Assembly: GCA_001593935.1 (NCBI GenBank)
Contig: LUCE01000019.1
Coordinates: 35,491 to 99,490, forward strand
Direction: 5' to 3'
Length of the DNA: 64,000 nucleotides
DNA from: Candidatus Bathyarchaeota archaeon B26-2
GTDB lineage: Archaea > Thermoproteota > Bathyarchaeia > Bathyarchaeales > B26-1
A model generated the notes under the pieces. The model made no database searches, was not told the DNA's origin, and worked only from the letters and a program-made list of their open reading frames with translations. This document shows positions 39,961 to 49,751 of the stretch, one piece after another (the first letter of the stretch is position 1; every line of letters starts with the position of its first letter). Position numbers and translations under genes: made by a program.

Positions 39961-40161
39961 TTTGTAACCCCATATTAGGATTCGCTTCATCCGGAGAGTT
40001 AGGCATCGCTCCTGAGCCATAGGTATGTTACTCAATAGATGTGCTTAGGGAAAACCTCTCTTAAGCTGAATAGACCGATGTCTCAACTTAACGAAACTAA
40101 AAAGAGGGAGGTGGAGTAACGAGTATCTGGGTCCTTTGACTGGTTGGGGATGGGTTGAGGG

Positions 40162-42375
40162 ATGTATGAGCGCAGGGTCTTAGTCTTTCCTGAGGTGAAA
40201 GAAGTCTCATACAAAGATGGAGAGATCATCATCGATGAAGAGTATCGTGTAGTTCTAAGCGGTGATGCAGCTCCCTTGGAGGCTGAGGCTGCCGACGGCG
40301 TAGCGAGGATGATAGAGAGGCTTACCGGTCGGCGTCCTCAAGTGGTCGATGTCCACCACGTATCTGGAAAAGAGAAGGTCATCCTTGTTGGCACCTCTTT
40401 TAGGGATATGCTGACATCTAGGCTTGACCGTTCAGAGCCGGAAGGCTACGTCTTGGAGGTCAGTGAAGAGAGGATCATACTCTGTGGTAATGATGCTTCT
40501 GGAACCTTCTATGCCGGTGAGACCTTGAAGCAGCTCTTCAGGGTTAGGGATGGGAGACTCTACGTTCCGAGGGTGACCATCAAGGACTGGCCTGACTACC
40601 GTTATAGGGGCTTGTACGTCGAGAGTAAGTGGGGGCCGGACCTAATGACCCTAGATGACTGGAGGGAACTGATAGACTTTATGGCGAGCATCAAGTTGAA
40701 CTTTCTGGACATCGGTGTCTACGGTTGTTGGACTATACAGTATGAGAACCAGATCACTGAGTTCATGATGGTCCCGGTAAGAGCATACCCGAGGTTGAGA
40801 ACCCCGAAGACAATTAGGTATTATTCGCCCCTACGTAAGGGTTGGGTGAGCATAACTTATCTGCCGAGAATCTTCTCCGAAGACTTCTTCTCCGAGATCA
40901 TAGCCTACGGAAAGAGACGAAACGTCACGGTGAGACCGGCCTTCAACAGCCTTGGACATAACACCCTCATACCGAGGGAGTACCCCGAGGTCTCCTCGAT
41001 AGACGAGGAGGGAAACCCCACACACTATGGCTTCTGCCTGACCAACCCAAAGACCCTCAGACTTATGTTCGAGATATACGACGAGATCATTGAGAGGTAC
41101 CTCAAACCGAACGGCGTAGACACCTTCAACATAGAGCTCGACGAGGTCTACGCTGGCAGGGGTAAAGACCCGAAGGACCCTAAGAAACTCGTGGATCCTT
41201 GGTGTCGGTGCCTCCGATGCAGCGGGTTCAAGAGAGAAGACCTCTTCCTAGAGTACGTAGTCAACCTTATTCGACATTTGGCAGAGAGGGGGATGAAAAA
41301 GGTGAGTCTATGGAACGATCAGATTACAAGGATGGGCCTCTTGGAGAGGTTCGCGGCGCGTCTAAAGGAGGAGAACCTAATAGACAAGGTGGCGATCAAC
41401 TGGTGGTACTACGGTCCCGATGAAGAGAGCCTAGAGACGGAAAGGTTCGACCGCGGCCGGTTCGGTTCTGAGTTGGGTCTGACCCGTTGGGTTACGCCTA
41501 TGGCCGGCTACTTCTTCTGGTGGCTCTACCAGAGTCTTCTTCGGAACATATTCCTCATGTTGAGGAGGGGCTTCAGGCAAGAAGCCGAAGGCACCGTGGC
41601 GTACTGCACCTTCGATTATAGCTTCCACAGAAACTACTACTGCCTATCCGACTTCTCTTGGAACCAGACGAAGGAGAGGGACCTAAACCAGTTCGACGAG
41701 AAGTACGCCAAGGCGGTCTTCGGAGAGGAGTGGGAGAAAGGGTTGAAGGCACTAGAGGAGCTCGAGAAGATCGCCTCAGCCGGCAGCGAGACGAACCGTT
41801 TTCTCTCGAACCTCTTCTATTACCCGTACTCTTATGTTCATCCCGAGAGGAAGTATCCGAGGTCGTACCCGCAAGAGGTCATAGACAACCTGAAGGGAGA
41901 CCAGAAGGTTCCTCTCTCCGCATATTTGGATAGGATTAGAGAGCTCCACGAGACCGCTAGAAGGGCCAAGGAACTCTTCCTCTCCATAAACAATGTGAAG
42001 ACAACTGCCTCTCCAAGGCTTCTGGAACACTACATAGTTGAATGTGAACGATATGAGACGACACTCAAGGTTTACCTACTCATCTTCAGAGCCTTGAACC
42101 ATTATAAAGGAGCTAAAGAAAACCAATCAAGGGATAGAGATAAGACCCTAAAAAACTTGGATGAAGCAGTCTCCTCCATCGACGAGGCCCTAAACCTGCA
42201 GGAGACGATGATGCTCAACATCGAGAGAACTAAATCGCATTACCTACTACCCCAAACCATGAGAGACCTCACCTTCATGAGGACTTTCCTTGTAGACCTC
42301 CGGGGGAAACTCCGCGCAGCAAGAGAGCGATACTTAAAGGGCATGACTTCGGAACTCCCGCCTCTAGACTTCTGA
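40162..42375 (+). CDS. GH20-like glycoside hydrolase (beta-N-acetylhexosaminidase-like) with a long helical C-terminal domain
   Basis: IKDWPDYRYRGLYVE, IKLNFLDIG, FNSLGHN and the D-E pair in FNIELDEVY. No signal peptide. Confidence 0.5.
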   Translation: MYERRVLVFPEVKEVSYKDGEIIIDEEYRVVLSGDAAPLEAEAADGVARMIERLTGRRPQVVDVHHVSGKEKVILVGTSFRDMLTSRLDRSEPEGYVLEVSEERIILCGNDASGTFYAGETLKQLFRVRDGRLYVPRVTIKDWPDYRYRGLYVESKWGPDLMTLDDWRELIDFMASIKLNFLDIGVYGCWTIQYENQITEFMMVPVRAYPRLRTPKTIRYYSPLRKGWVSITYLPRIFSEDFFSEIIAYGKRRNVTVRPAFNSLGHNTLIPREYPEVSSIDEEGNPTHYGFCLTNPKTLRLMFEIYDEIIERYLKPNGVDTFNIELDEVYAGRGKDPKDPKKLVDPWCRCLRCSGFKREDLFLEYVVNLIRHLAERGMKKVSLWNDQITRMGLLERFAARLKEENLIDKVAINWWYYGPDEESLETERFDRGRFGSELGLTRWVTPMAGYFFWWLYQSLLRNIFLMLRRGFRQEAEGTVAYCTFDYSFHRNYYCLSDFSWNQTKERDLNQFDEKYAKAVFGEEWEKGLKALEELEKIASAGSETNRFLSNLFYYPYSYVHPERKYPRSYPQEVIDNLKGDQKVPLSAYLDRIRELHETARRAKELFLSINNVKTTASPRLLEHYIVECERYETTLKVYLLIFRALNHYKGAKENQSRDRDKTLKNLDEAVSSIDEALNLQETMMLNIERTKSHYLLPQTMRDLTFMRTFLVDLRGKLRAARERYLKGMTSELPPLDF

Positions 42376-42449
42376 AACTCAGCCAAGAACGCTAAGACTC
42401 TTCAAGTCTCTCTTTTTTCTTGACTATTGCCCTCGTTTAGTTTAACCTT

Positions 42450-43610
42450 TCAGATTCTTCTGTTGTATTTCCCGTACCTTCTTGCTGTTTGAAGCATGGT
42501 GAAGAAGTTCTCCGGTTTGACTCCGGAATGGATGCTGTTGCTTGAGCTTAGGATGTGACCTCCCCCCGGCGAGAGCGTCCTTATGACTTTAATTGTCTCT
42601 TCTTTAACCCTTCGCGGGGTTCCGTGGACAAGAGTGAACTGACAGTCAACACTTCCGGTGAAGCAGATCACATCTCCATAGAGGCTCTTCAGCTTTTCTA
42701 GGTCCATTCCCGCTGTGGTCTGTATCTCCATCATGCCGTCGACGCCCGAGTTAAGGAGGTAGTCCTCGATTATGGGCCACAGGTTTCCATCGGAAGAGTT
42801 GAAGGCGAAGACTCCGAGCTTGTGAAGGGCATCAGTCTGAGCCCGCATCTCAGGCAGTATGAACTCCCTGTAGTGTCTAGGGGAGACCATGGGTCCATGG
42901 TTGTGAGCGATGTCTCCTCCGATGAACATGAGTTGGGCACCCATGTCTGCGGCGATCCGTCCCAGCCTTATGACCCTCCTAGTCCGCTGTCTCAAGTATC
43001 TCCTGAGAAGGTTGGGGGCCGTGAAGAATGCTCTCAGGAATATGGGAAACCAGCTCGCCCCAACAGGCACGGTTCCAGCGGAGGCGTACATGAGGACGCC
43101 CAGTTTCTTCCAGAGGCGGGCCATCTCCTCGTCAAGTTGAAAGTTCCGGATGGCCTCGTCGATCTCGCCGTCCGTCTCCTCCTCCAGCTCCTTGACGTGT
43201 TCCTCTAGGGCTGGGATTCCTCCTCTCTTTATGGCGGAGTCCACCTCAAGGGTTGTTCCAGTCTCAGGGTCGTGGCGGTAGACAGAGCTTCCAACGGACC
43301 ATGTGACCTCGTCCAGTTTCTTTGGAGGAGACTCGGGTCTGTAGTGGGTCCCTAGGGTTATGGGGCCGGCGTCGAACTTTAGCCTCTTAACGAGCTCGTA
43401 CCAGTCTCGCCTTAAGGCTTTCCTATACCCTTGGAGACCCTTCTTGATGAAGATGTCCACAGCCCTTATCTCACTCGCCGCCACAGACGGCCTCTTCAGA
43501 ACTATGTCGGAGGTGGGAGGCATAACCCCGTAAGGCTCGAAGATCGGAACCCTGTCGGGCTCCTCGTGACAGATAGCCTTAAGCACCCTCTCACAAGACA
43601 AGGACGCCAC
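42450..43610 (-). CDS. URO-D-fold protein (paralogue 4)
   Basis: FIGGDIAHNHGPMVSPRHYREFILP, FNSSDGNLWPIIEDYL, GGGHILSSSNSI. Confidence 0.65.
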   Translation of the reverse strand: MASLSCERVLKAICHEEPDRVPIFEPYGVMPPTSDIVLKRPSVAASEIRAVDIFIKKGLQGYRKALRRDWYELVKRLKFDAGPITLGTHYRPESPPKKLDEVTWSVGSSVYRHDPETGTTLEVDSAIKRGGIPALEEHVKELEEETDGEIDEAIRNFQLDEEMARLWKKLGVLMYASAGTVPVGASWFPIFLRAFFTAPNLLRRYLRQRTRRVIRLGRIAADMGAQLMFIGGDIAHNHGPMVSPRHYREFILPEMRAQTDALHKLGVFAFNSSDGNLWPIIEDYLLNSGVDGMMEIQTTAGMDLEKLKSLYGDVICFTGSVDCQFTLVHGTPRRVKEETIKVIRTLSPGGGHILSSSNSIHSGVKPENFFTMLQTARRYGKYNRRI

Positions 43611-43625
43611 CTTTTAGGGTCTTGA

Positions 43626-44036
43626 TCAGTATCTAGGCGGGGAGACATATATTATAATAGTATCGTTCTTCTCGTCTAGAATTATGTATACGGAGCCGAC
43701 GTAAAGGTATCTGGCGTTAGCCGTAGTTATGATCTTCGTCTTCGTTGAGCCCTTGTAGGTCGCTTCGACGCGGTACCATCCTCGGAAGTACAGCGTTACG
43801 TTAACCATCTCCTTTGAGGTTACAACGACTTTTGAGCGGCCCCAATAGTCAGTGAATGTGACCTTCACACCTTCAACCAGCTCTTCATAAGAGGAACCGT
43901 AATAGTACGCGCCTACGTAGCATTCTCCCTCAAACCACAGGTAGAGGGCTCCCATCTCTTGCAGGATTATGCCAGAGATGCCGATCACGTTGAGTAAGAC
44001 TATGAAAGTTGTTAGCGTTGCTTCCTTCATGCTCAT
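43626..44036 (-). CDS. Small signal-anchored hypothetical protein
   Basis: N-terminal helix TFIVLLNVIGISGIIL followed by a Tyr-rich beta body. Lies 15 nt upstream of URO-D paralogue 4. Confidence 0.4.
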   Translation of the reverse strand: MSMKEATLTTFIVLLNVIGISGIILQEMGALYLWFEGECYVGAYYYGSSYEELVEGVKVTFTDYWGRSKVVVTSKEMVNVTLYFRGWYRVEATYKGSTKTKIITTANARYLYVGSVYIILDEKNDTIIIYVSPPRY

Positions 44037-44153
44037 TGTGCATCTATATCAGCTCTTCTGAAATTATATAAAGGGTTCTGTCGAGCGGCCGGTCTATCCA
44101 TTAGCAGTATCTAGAGCAGCGACTTACGCCAGCACTGTCCGGCGCTATCGTCA

Positions 44154-44951
44154 TCACTCGGGCTCAACAAACTTGAACGGCTGCTTGACGTACTCTAAGT
44201 ACTCTCGGAGGTTCTCTACCACGGGCAGGAGGGCCTCGGCAACCTTGTTGAGCAGTTCTACGCCGAACTCGGGGTCCACCCCGCTCCTCGGAGGTTGATG
44301 TTGAAGTTCATGTGTGAAGTGGTATCCAACCATCCCGTAGCGTTGAACCCTCCTAACGACTTCTGGGAGGGCCTTCCCCTCCTCCTCCGCGTACCGGTCT
44401 CTAAGGGACTTCACATCCGGTATTGCGTGCTCCTTGCCAAGTATCTTCAGAGCTCCGAAGGCTAGGGTGGCCTCTATCCAAGCGCCGTCAACCTTGAGAC
44501 CCATCTCTCGAACTATCCTAACAGCGGTGTCGAAAGGGTTTAAGTAGACCGCGGGTATCCTCTCCTCCTCGAATAGGCTTCTAACGGCCATGCCTACAGG
44601 TATGGTGTTCGGCCCATGGATGCTGACCACGAAGATTCTCTTGAAGCCTTGCCTCCATAAGGACCGTATGATATCTTTCAGTATGGCGACTTGGGACTCG
44701 AAACTGACGGTTACGGTTCCCGGAAAAGAGGTTGTAGCTCCTGTGAAGTTGTATGTCAGCGGCGGCAGAGCTATGCCTCCGGTCTTCTCAGCCATCAGTT
44801 TGGCTACAGCCGTGGCTACATGGGAGTCGCATCCTAAAGGTATGGGCCCGTGCCCCTCGATCGTTCCCGTTGGTAGGAACGCCACATCGGTCTCCTTGAG
44901 TCGTTCGGCTGCCTCACGCCAACTCATCTCGTCGAGCATAACCTTCCTCAA
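44154..44951 (-). CDS. Creatininase-family amidohydrolase
   Basis: LPTGTIEGHGP, PLGCDSHVA, VSIHGPN. Confidence 0.8.
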   Translation of the reverse strand: MRKVMLDEMSWREAAERLKETDVAFLPTGTIEGHGPIPLGCDSHVATAVAKLMAEKTGGIALPPLTYNFTGATTSFPGTVTVSFESQVAILKDIIRSLWRQGFKRIFVVSIHGPNTIPVGMAVRSLFEEERIPAVYLNPFDTAVRIVREMGLKVDGAWIEATLAFGALKILGKEHAIPDVKSLRDRYAEEEGKALPEVVRRVQRYGMVGYHFTHELQHQPPRSGVDPEFGVELLNKVAEALLPVVENLREYLEYVKQPFKFVEPE

Positions 44952-45101
44952 GGACTCGCCTCCTACTCTTTGTGTTATTCGAGTTGCCTCTTTAGAGTTA
45001 CGGGGCCTTCACACCTCCTTCAAAGAGGGAGCTGTGGAAGGTTACCCTTAAATTGACGGAGAACCAAAAGATGGAATTGTCAATGGCGAGGGAGCTTTGA
45101 C

Positions 45102-46472
45102 ATGAAGGTTATACTCTTCGTGATAGATACTCTGAGGGCCGACCACCTAGGCTGCTACGGCTACCATAGGGAGACTTCGCCGAATATAGATCGGTTGGCC
45201 AAGGAGGGCGTCCTCTTCGAGAACGCTTATCCCTCCGACGTCCCAACCCAGCCCTCCTTCACCTCCATGTTTACGGGGCAGAGAGGGATCATAACGGGCA
45301 TAGTCTCCCACAGCAGAACTGAGAACCTAAGCGAGTCGGTTCCGTACTTAACAGAGATTCTAGCCCAGAACGGAGTGACGACGGCCGCAGTGAGCACCCT
45401 CTACATGATGAGGCGGTGGTTTGCTAGGGGCTTCAAGTACTACATGAACCCGGTTGCAGGTGTTAGGAGACGGCTTCAACAAGTCGACGCTGAAGAGATC
45501 AATAGTATGGCTTTACCGTGGATAAGGGAGCATAAGAACGAGGATTTCTTCCTCTTCGTCCATTACTGGGACCCTCACGGCATATACTACCCTCCCGAGC
45601 CTTACAGGAGGCTCTTCTATCAGGGAGACGAGACCGACCCGGAGAACCGCAGCCTAGACGTGTTGAAGAGCCAGCCGGTGTGGCCCTTCACCAAGAGACA
45701 CCTAGACGCCATGAAGGAGAACATAACCGATATCGAGTACGTCATAGCCCAATACGACGGGGAGATACGTTACGCAGACGACAACTTTGCGAAGTTGACG
45801 GGCCTACTCGAAGAACTGGGAATCTACGACGAGACGGCGTTGATCCTCACATCTGACCACGGAGAGAGCCTAGGGGAGCACCACTTCTACTTCGACCACT
45901 GCGACGTCTACGAACCAACTGTGCACGTTCCCTTGATAGTTAAGTATCCGGAAGGACCCTCAAGAGGGAGGAGAGTAAAGGACCTAGTCCAGTCAACCCT
46001 ATCCATCGCCCCTACAGTCCTCAACCTCTTCGGCTTAGAAGTTCCCAAGAGCATGGAGGGGAGAGACCTAGTCAAGATAGCCGAGGGGGAGATCGGAGGC
46101 TACGACGAGATCTACGTCAATCAAGGCCTCTGGACGGCTAAGAGGGCTATACGCGTCGGGAAGTGGAAGCTCATAAAGACCTTGGACAAGTCCTTCTGGG
46201 AGACCCCTGAGACGGAACTCTACGATCTGGAGGCCGACCCAGATGAGAACGAGAATCTGGCTGAGGACGAACCGAGCGTGGTTGATGAACTCGAGCTGAG
46301 AATGTATCGTTGGCTTAGGCGGAGGCTTGGAAAGCGGATAGACCCTCTAGAACTTATAGTGAGGGAGGGCCTCCCAGTCTACGGGTACGTCAGGAGGGCC
46401 GCCGAGCAGGCCGGGCTCATCGAGATGTATGAAGAGTGGAGGATGCGCGTCGATAGGGCTGAAGAGAGATAG
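45102..46472 (+). CDS. Sulfatase-fold (alkaline-phosphatase superfamily) enzyme with Thr at the nucleophile position
   Basis: VIDTLRADHLGCYGY, NIDRLAKEGVLFENAY, PTQPSFTSMFTG (where sulfatases have C/S-x-P-S-R), SDHGESLGEH. No signal peptide. Confidence 0.8.
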   Translation: MKVILFVIDTLRADHLGCYGYHRETSPNIDRLAKEGVLFENAYPSDVPTQPSFTSMFTGQRGIITGIVSHSRTENLSESVPYLTEILAQNGVTTAAVSTLYMMRRWFARGFKYYMNPVAGVRRRLQQVDAEEINSMALPWIREHKNEDFFLFVHYWDPHGIYYPPEPYRRLFYQGDETDPENRSLDVLKSQPVWPFTKRHLDAMKENITDIEYVIAQYDGEIRYADDNFAKLTGLLEELGIYDETALILTSDHGESLGEHHFYFDHCDVYEPTVHVPLIVKYPEGPSRGRRVKDLVQSTLSIAPTVLNLFGLEVPKSMEGRDLVKIAEGEIGGYDEIYVNQGLWTAKRAIRVGKWKLIKTLDKSFWETPETELYDLEADPDENENLAEDEPSVVDELELRMYRWLRRRLGKRIDPLELIVREGLPVYGYVRRAAEQAGLIEMYEEWRMRVDRAEER

Positions 46473-46522
46473 ACCGCTCAGCAGCTGTTCAACTGTTCTA
46501 CTTCACGGAGCTGTGAGGCCTC

Positions 46523-47713
46523 TTGGAGAGTAGGGTCTCTATCGTTAGAGACTCTGATATTGAGCGGAGGGTCCTCGAGGCCGTTAGGCTTCTCGGCGGA
46601 GTTGAGAGAGTCGTCGGAAAAGGAGATAGGGTTCTGATAAAGCCGAACATGGTTGGCGGCTTCCCTCCTGAAACCGGCGAGACAACCCATCCAGAGGTCG
46701 TCAAGACCCTTGTGGAGCTGGCCTACGAGGCGGGGGCAAAAGAGGTTCTCGTAGGCGACGGCGTTCCAGAGGTTCCCGTCGACACTGTCCGTAGGAGGTT
46801 CGTTAGGAGGCCCGTACCCCCGATCTCCGGAACTCTACACGGACTCTATAGAAAGAAGATTGAGAAGGCCGGCGGCAAGCTCATAGACTTGGATAGGTGG
46901 ACCGAGGTTGAGGTTCCAAATCCTGTCCGGTACGAGAAGGTTAGGGTCGCTAGGGCTATACTAGACTGCGATGTCTTGATAGGGGCCCCAACACTGAAGA
47001 CTCATCATCTCGTCGGGATAACTGTAGCCCTAAAGAACCTCTACGGCGCGATACCGCCCAAGGACCGACGCCTATACCATGACCTCGACGGGGTTGAGGA
47101 GGTCATCGTCGACATAAACCAGGTTAGGACGAGCGACATGGTTGTGGTCGACGGAACATATACGACGCTTCACTGGGGAATGATAGACCAATATATGGAG
47201 AGAAGCCGACTCGACCTGACCATAGCCGGCTACGACCCGGTTGCAGTCGACTCCGTCTCAGCCAAGCTTCTAGGCATAGACCCCAAGACCCTACGCTTCC
47301 TCTCTTGGGCTGAGGAAAGGGGCCTAGGAAAGATGGACCAGAGACTCATCGAGACAGTCGGCGTACCGGTGGGGGACGTACACCCAGAAGGCGTCATGAC
47401 GGTCATAGACTACATGAACAAGAGGCTGAGCCGCATCAGATTGGTTAGCTGTGGCGCCTGCACCGGATGTTTCGGGAGGGTTGCAACATCCCTCTTCAGG
47501 AGAGACGACTCCCAGATGCGCGATGACGTTTACATAGTCATGGGGCCTGACGCGAAGCCAATAGAATCGGCGAAGAAAGAGAACGTAATCCTATGTGGAA
47601 ACTGTGCGGCTCCAACCTTCTACAACCGACTGAAGGGAGCCTTCATCCCCGGCTGCCCGCCGAACTTGGACATCCTTATAGAGAGACTTAAGGAGATGAA
47701 CCTTAAGGTTTAA
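46523..47713 (+). CDS. DUF362-domain protein with a Cys-rich C-terminus
   Basis: VLIKPNMV, PTLKTHHLVGITVALKNLYG, VVDG, then CGACTGCFG...CGNCAAP...PGCPP. TTG start; the true start is uncertain. Confidence 0.7.
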   Translation: MESRVSIVRDSDIERRVLEAVRLLGGVERVVGKGDRVLIKPNMVGGFPPETGETTHPEVVKTLVELAYEAGAKEVLVGDGVPEVPVDTVRRRFVRRPVPPISGTLHGLYRKKIEKAGGKLIDLDRWTEVEVPNPVRYEKVRVARAILDCDVLIGAPTLKTHHLVGITVALKNLYGAIPPKDRRLYHDLDGVEEVIVDINQVRTSDMVVVDGTYTTLHWGMIDQYMERSRLDLTIAGYDPVAVDSVSAKLLGIDPKTLRFLSWAEERGLGKMDQRLIETVGVPVGDVHPEGVMTVIDYMNKRLSRIRLVSCGACTGCFGRVATSLFRRDDSQMRDDVYIVMGPDAKPIESAKKENVILCGNCAAPTFYNRLKGAFIPGCPPNLDILIERLKEMNLKV

Positions 47714-47733
47714 CTGCGGTTCACTCAACCCGC

Positions 47734-48420
47734 TTATTCTACCACTTTCATAGTCCATAGTATTCCGTTCAGTAGGTGTCTTTGGAACCACTCTTCCTTC
47801 CATAACTCTTTGAAGTGACCGAAGGCTGTGTAGAAGACCCTTCCTTCACCGTAGTTGTGGCACCAGCATAGGGCGTAATCTTGGTCAGGACGGGTGCCTT
47901 TACTCAAGTCTACGGATCTCTTGTCTAGGCTTATCAGTACATGCGTCTTTTCTCGGCTCCAGTCCTTGAATGTGTAGACCTCTTCTTTCACCCTGAAGCT
48001 TTTGGGTAGGTGTCTCGTGGCTGGGTGGGTCTGGTCCTCCACTATAGCCGTTATCTCCTGTCTCCATGGGTGGGCTTGGAAGTAGCCTCCCAGCATCTCG
48101 CCGTACTCTGGGAATTCATAGAAGGTGTCTGTGGCGTTGTGGACGCCTACGAAGCCGCCTCCTTCCCTTACAAACTTTAAGAGTAACCTCTTCTGCTCCT
48201 CGTCCATTGGGAGCTCACCCGTAGTTGCGAAGAGGAGAGCCGAACACTCGCTCAAGGTCTCGGCGTTTATCAGCGAGCAGTCCTCTGTGTCTAAGGTCTG
48301 AAACATGCCGGAGAGACGTCCCAGCTCCCTAACGGTCTCCCTAGCCGTGGGAAGATAGTCATGTCTAAACCCGGCTGAATGCGTCAGCATAAGAACCTTC
48401 TTAACCTTCAAGGTGGACAC
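47734..48420 (-). CDS. ThuA-domain protein (trehalose-utilisation-like)
   Basis: VLMLTHSAGFRHDY, GGGFVGVHNATD, GEGRVFYTAFGH. Confidence 0.7.
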   Translation of the reverse strand: MSTLKVKKVLMLTHSAGFRHDYLPTARETVRELGRLSGMFQTLDTEDCSLINAETLSECSALLFATTGELPMDEEQKRLLLKFVREGGGFVGVHNATDTFYEFPEYGEMLGGYFQAHPWRQEITAIVEDQTHPATRHLPKSFRVKEEVYTFKDWSREKTHVLISLDKRSVDLSKGTRPDQDYALCWCHNYGEGRVFYTAFGHFKELWKEEWFQRHLLNGILWTMKVVE

Positions 48421-48491
48421 CTAAAGAAGGATTAACCTAAACCCTAAAAATTCTTTCCACCCTTCTAGGCCTAGAATCTCACATCGAACAG

Positions 48492-49169
48492 TTACGGGAC
48501 GCCCTTGTCCTCTCCAAGTATGAAGTTGAGTATCTTCTCTTTCTCCTTGATCGATCTAACTATCAGGTCTGGCCTCTCCTTCTTGAGCTCATCTACCGAG
48601 TATGCTCCAGATGGAACCGCTACGCATTTCATACCGGCCTCTTTGGCGGCTTTCACTCCGAATATGGAGTCCTCTATGACCACGCATCTTTGAACCGGGC
48701 ATCTCAGTCTAGCTGCACATTTGAGGAATATCTCCGGGTTGGGTTTCGGCTGGGAGACCTCGTCTTCCGTTATGACAAAGTCGAAGTATCTTCTGATTCC
48801 CTTCTCTCTCAGTACCTTATCGATCGTTCTTCGGTTGCTCATCGTCGCCAGAGCGAGCTTTACCCTCCGTCGTAGAGCCTCCAAGAGCTCGACGGCTCCA
48901 TCGAAGAGCTCCACGTTCCCAGTTAGTTCGGTCTGTATCCTGATCTTCTTCTCCACGAGCCTCTCTATCATTTCGTTGTCGAAAGGAATTCTTGCGGTCT
49001 TCAGTATCTCCTTGAACATGTTCCTAGCCCCGATGCCGATCCTCCTCTCGATAAATTCGTCACTGACCTTGCATCCGATTGTTTCCAGCGCCTTCTGGAA
49101 CGAGAGCACAATGACGCGCCTAGTGTCGGCTAGGGTTCCGTCCCAATCGAAGATGACAGCGTCGAACAT
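48492..49169 (-). CDS. HAD hydrolase, beta-phosphoglucomutase-like subfamily
   Basis: VIFDWDGTLADT, ATMSNR, KPNPEIF, VIEDSIFGVKAAKEAGM. Confidence 0.8.
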   Translation of the reverse strand: MFDAVIFDWDGTLADTRRVIVLSFQKALETIGCKVSDEFIERRIGIGARNMFKEILKTARIPFDNEMIERLVEKKIRIQTELTGNVELFDGAVELLEALRRRVKLALATMSNRRTIDKVLREKGIRRYFDFVITEDEVSQPKPNPEIFLKCAARLRCPVQRCVVIEDSIFGVKAAKEAGMKCVAVPSGAYSVDELKKERPDLIVRSIKEKEKILNFILGEDKGVP

Positions 49170-49178
49170 CTCTGGTTT

Positions 49179-49682
49179 CTATTCTCCGGGAATAGTCCTA
49201 AACCGGTTATTACCGAAGTTGTAAAGTCTATCCCTGTACTTCTCCGATACGTACGACGCCACAACCTCGCCGGCGAACACTGTATGGTCTCCTGTCACCA
49301 GTTTGCCCCTCACCTTACACTCGAAGCAGGCAACCGCGTCCTTAATCAGAGGAGGCCTCACATACTTTGACTTCAGGGTTTCTATGCCGTACTCGCTGAA
49401 CTTGTCGACGTCCCGTCCCGAACAGGAACCCGTGTAATTGATGAGGCCCTCCATGCCTTTGCTGGGGAAGACGAGGACGAACTCTCCGGTCTCCTCGATC
49501 AGTTTGTGGGTGTACCTCCTGTGGCCTATGCTTACAGCAAGCATCGGGGGTATCCCCGAAGTGACCATGCTCCATCCAGCCGGCATGACGTCTGGTCTGC
49601 CTTCACGGTCGCAGCTGACGACGAGCACCACGGGTTCGGGATACTTCCTCTTGATGGCTTCGGACCATGTGGTCTCAATCAT
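49179..49682 (-). CDS. Flavin reductase-like FMN-binding protein
   Basis: PVVLVVSCDREGRPDVMPAGW and HTVFAGEVV are typical of the split-barrel flavin reductase domain. Confidence 0.75.
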   Translation of the reverse strand: MIETTWSEAIKRKYPEPVVLVVSCDREGRPDVMPAGWSMVTSGIPPMLAVSIGHRRYTHKLIEETGEFVLVFPSKGMEGLINYTGSCSGRDVDKFSEYGIETLKSKYVRPPLIKDAVACFECKVRGKLVTGDHTVFAGEVVASYVSEKYRDRLYNFGNNRFRTIPGE

Positions 49683-49751
49683 GTTGTTTCGACACCTCTC
49701 TCCTTTAAGCCCAACTATATCGAGTTATCCTTAAAACTTGCACCGTCCATT

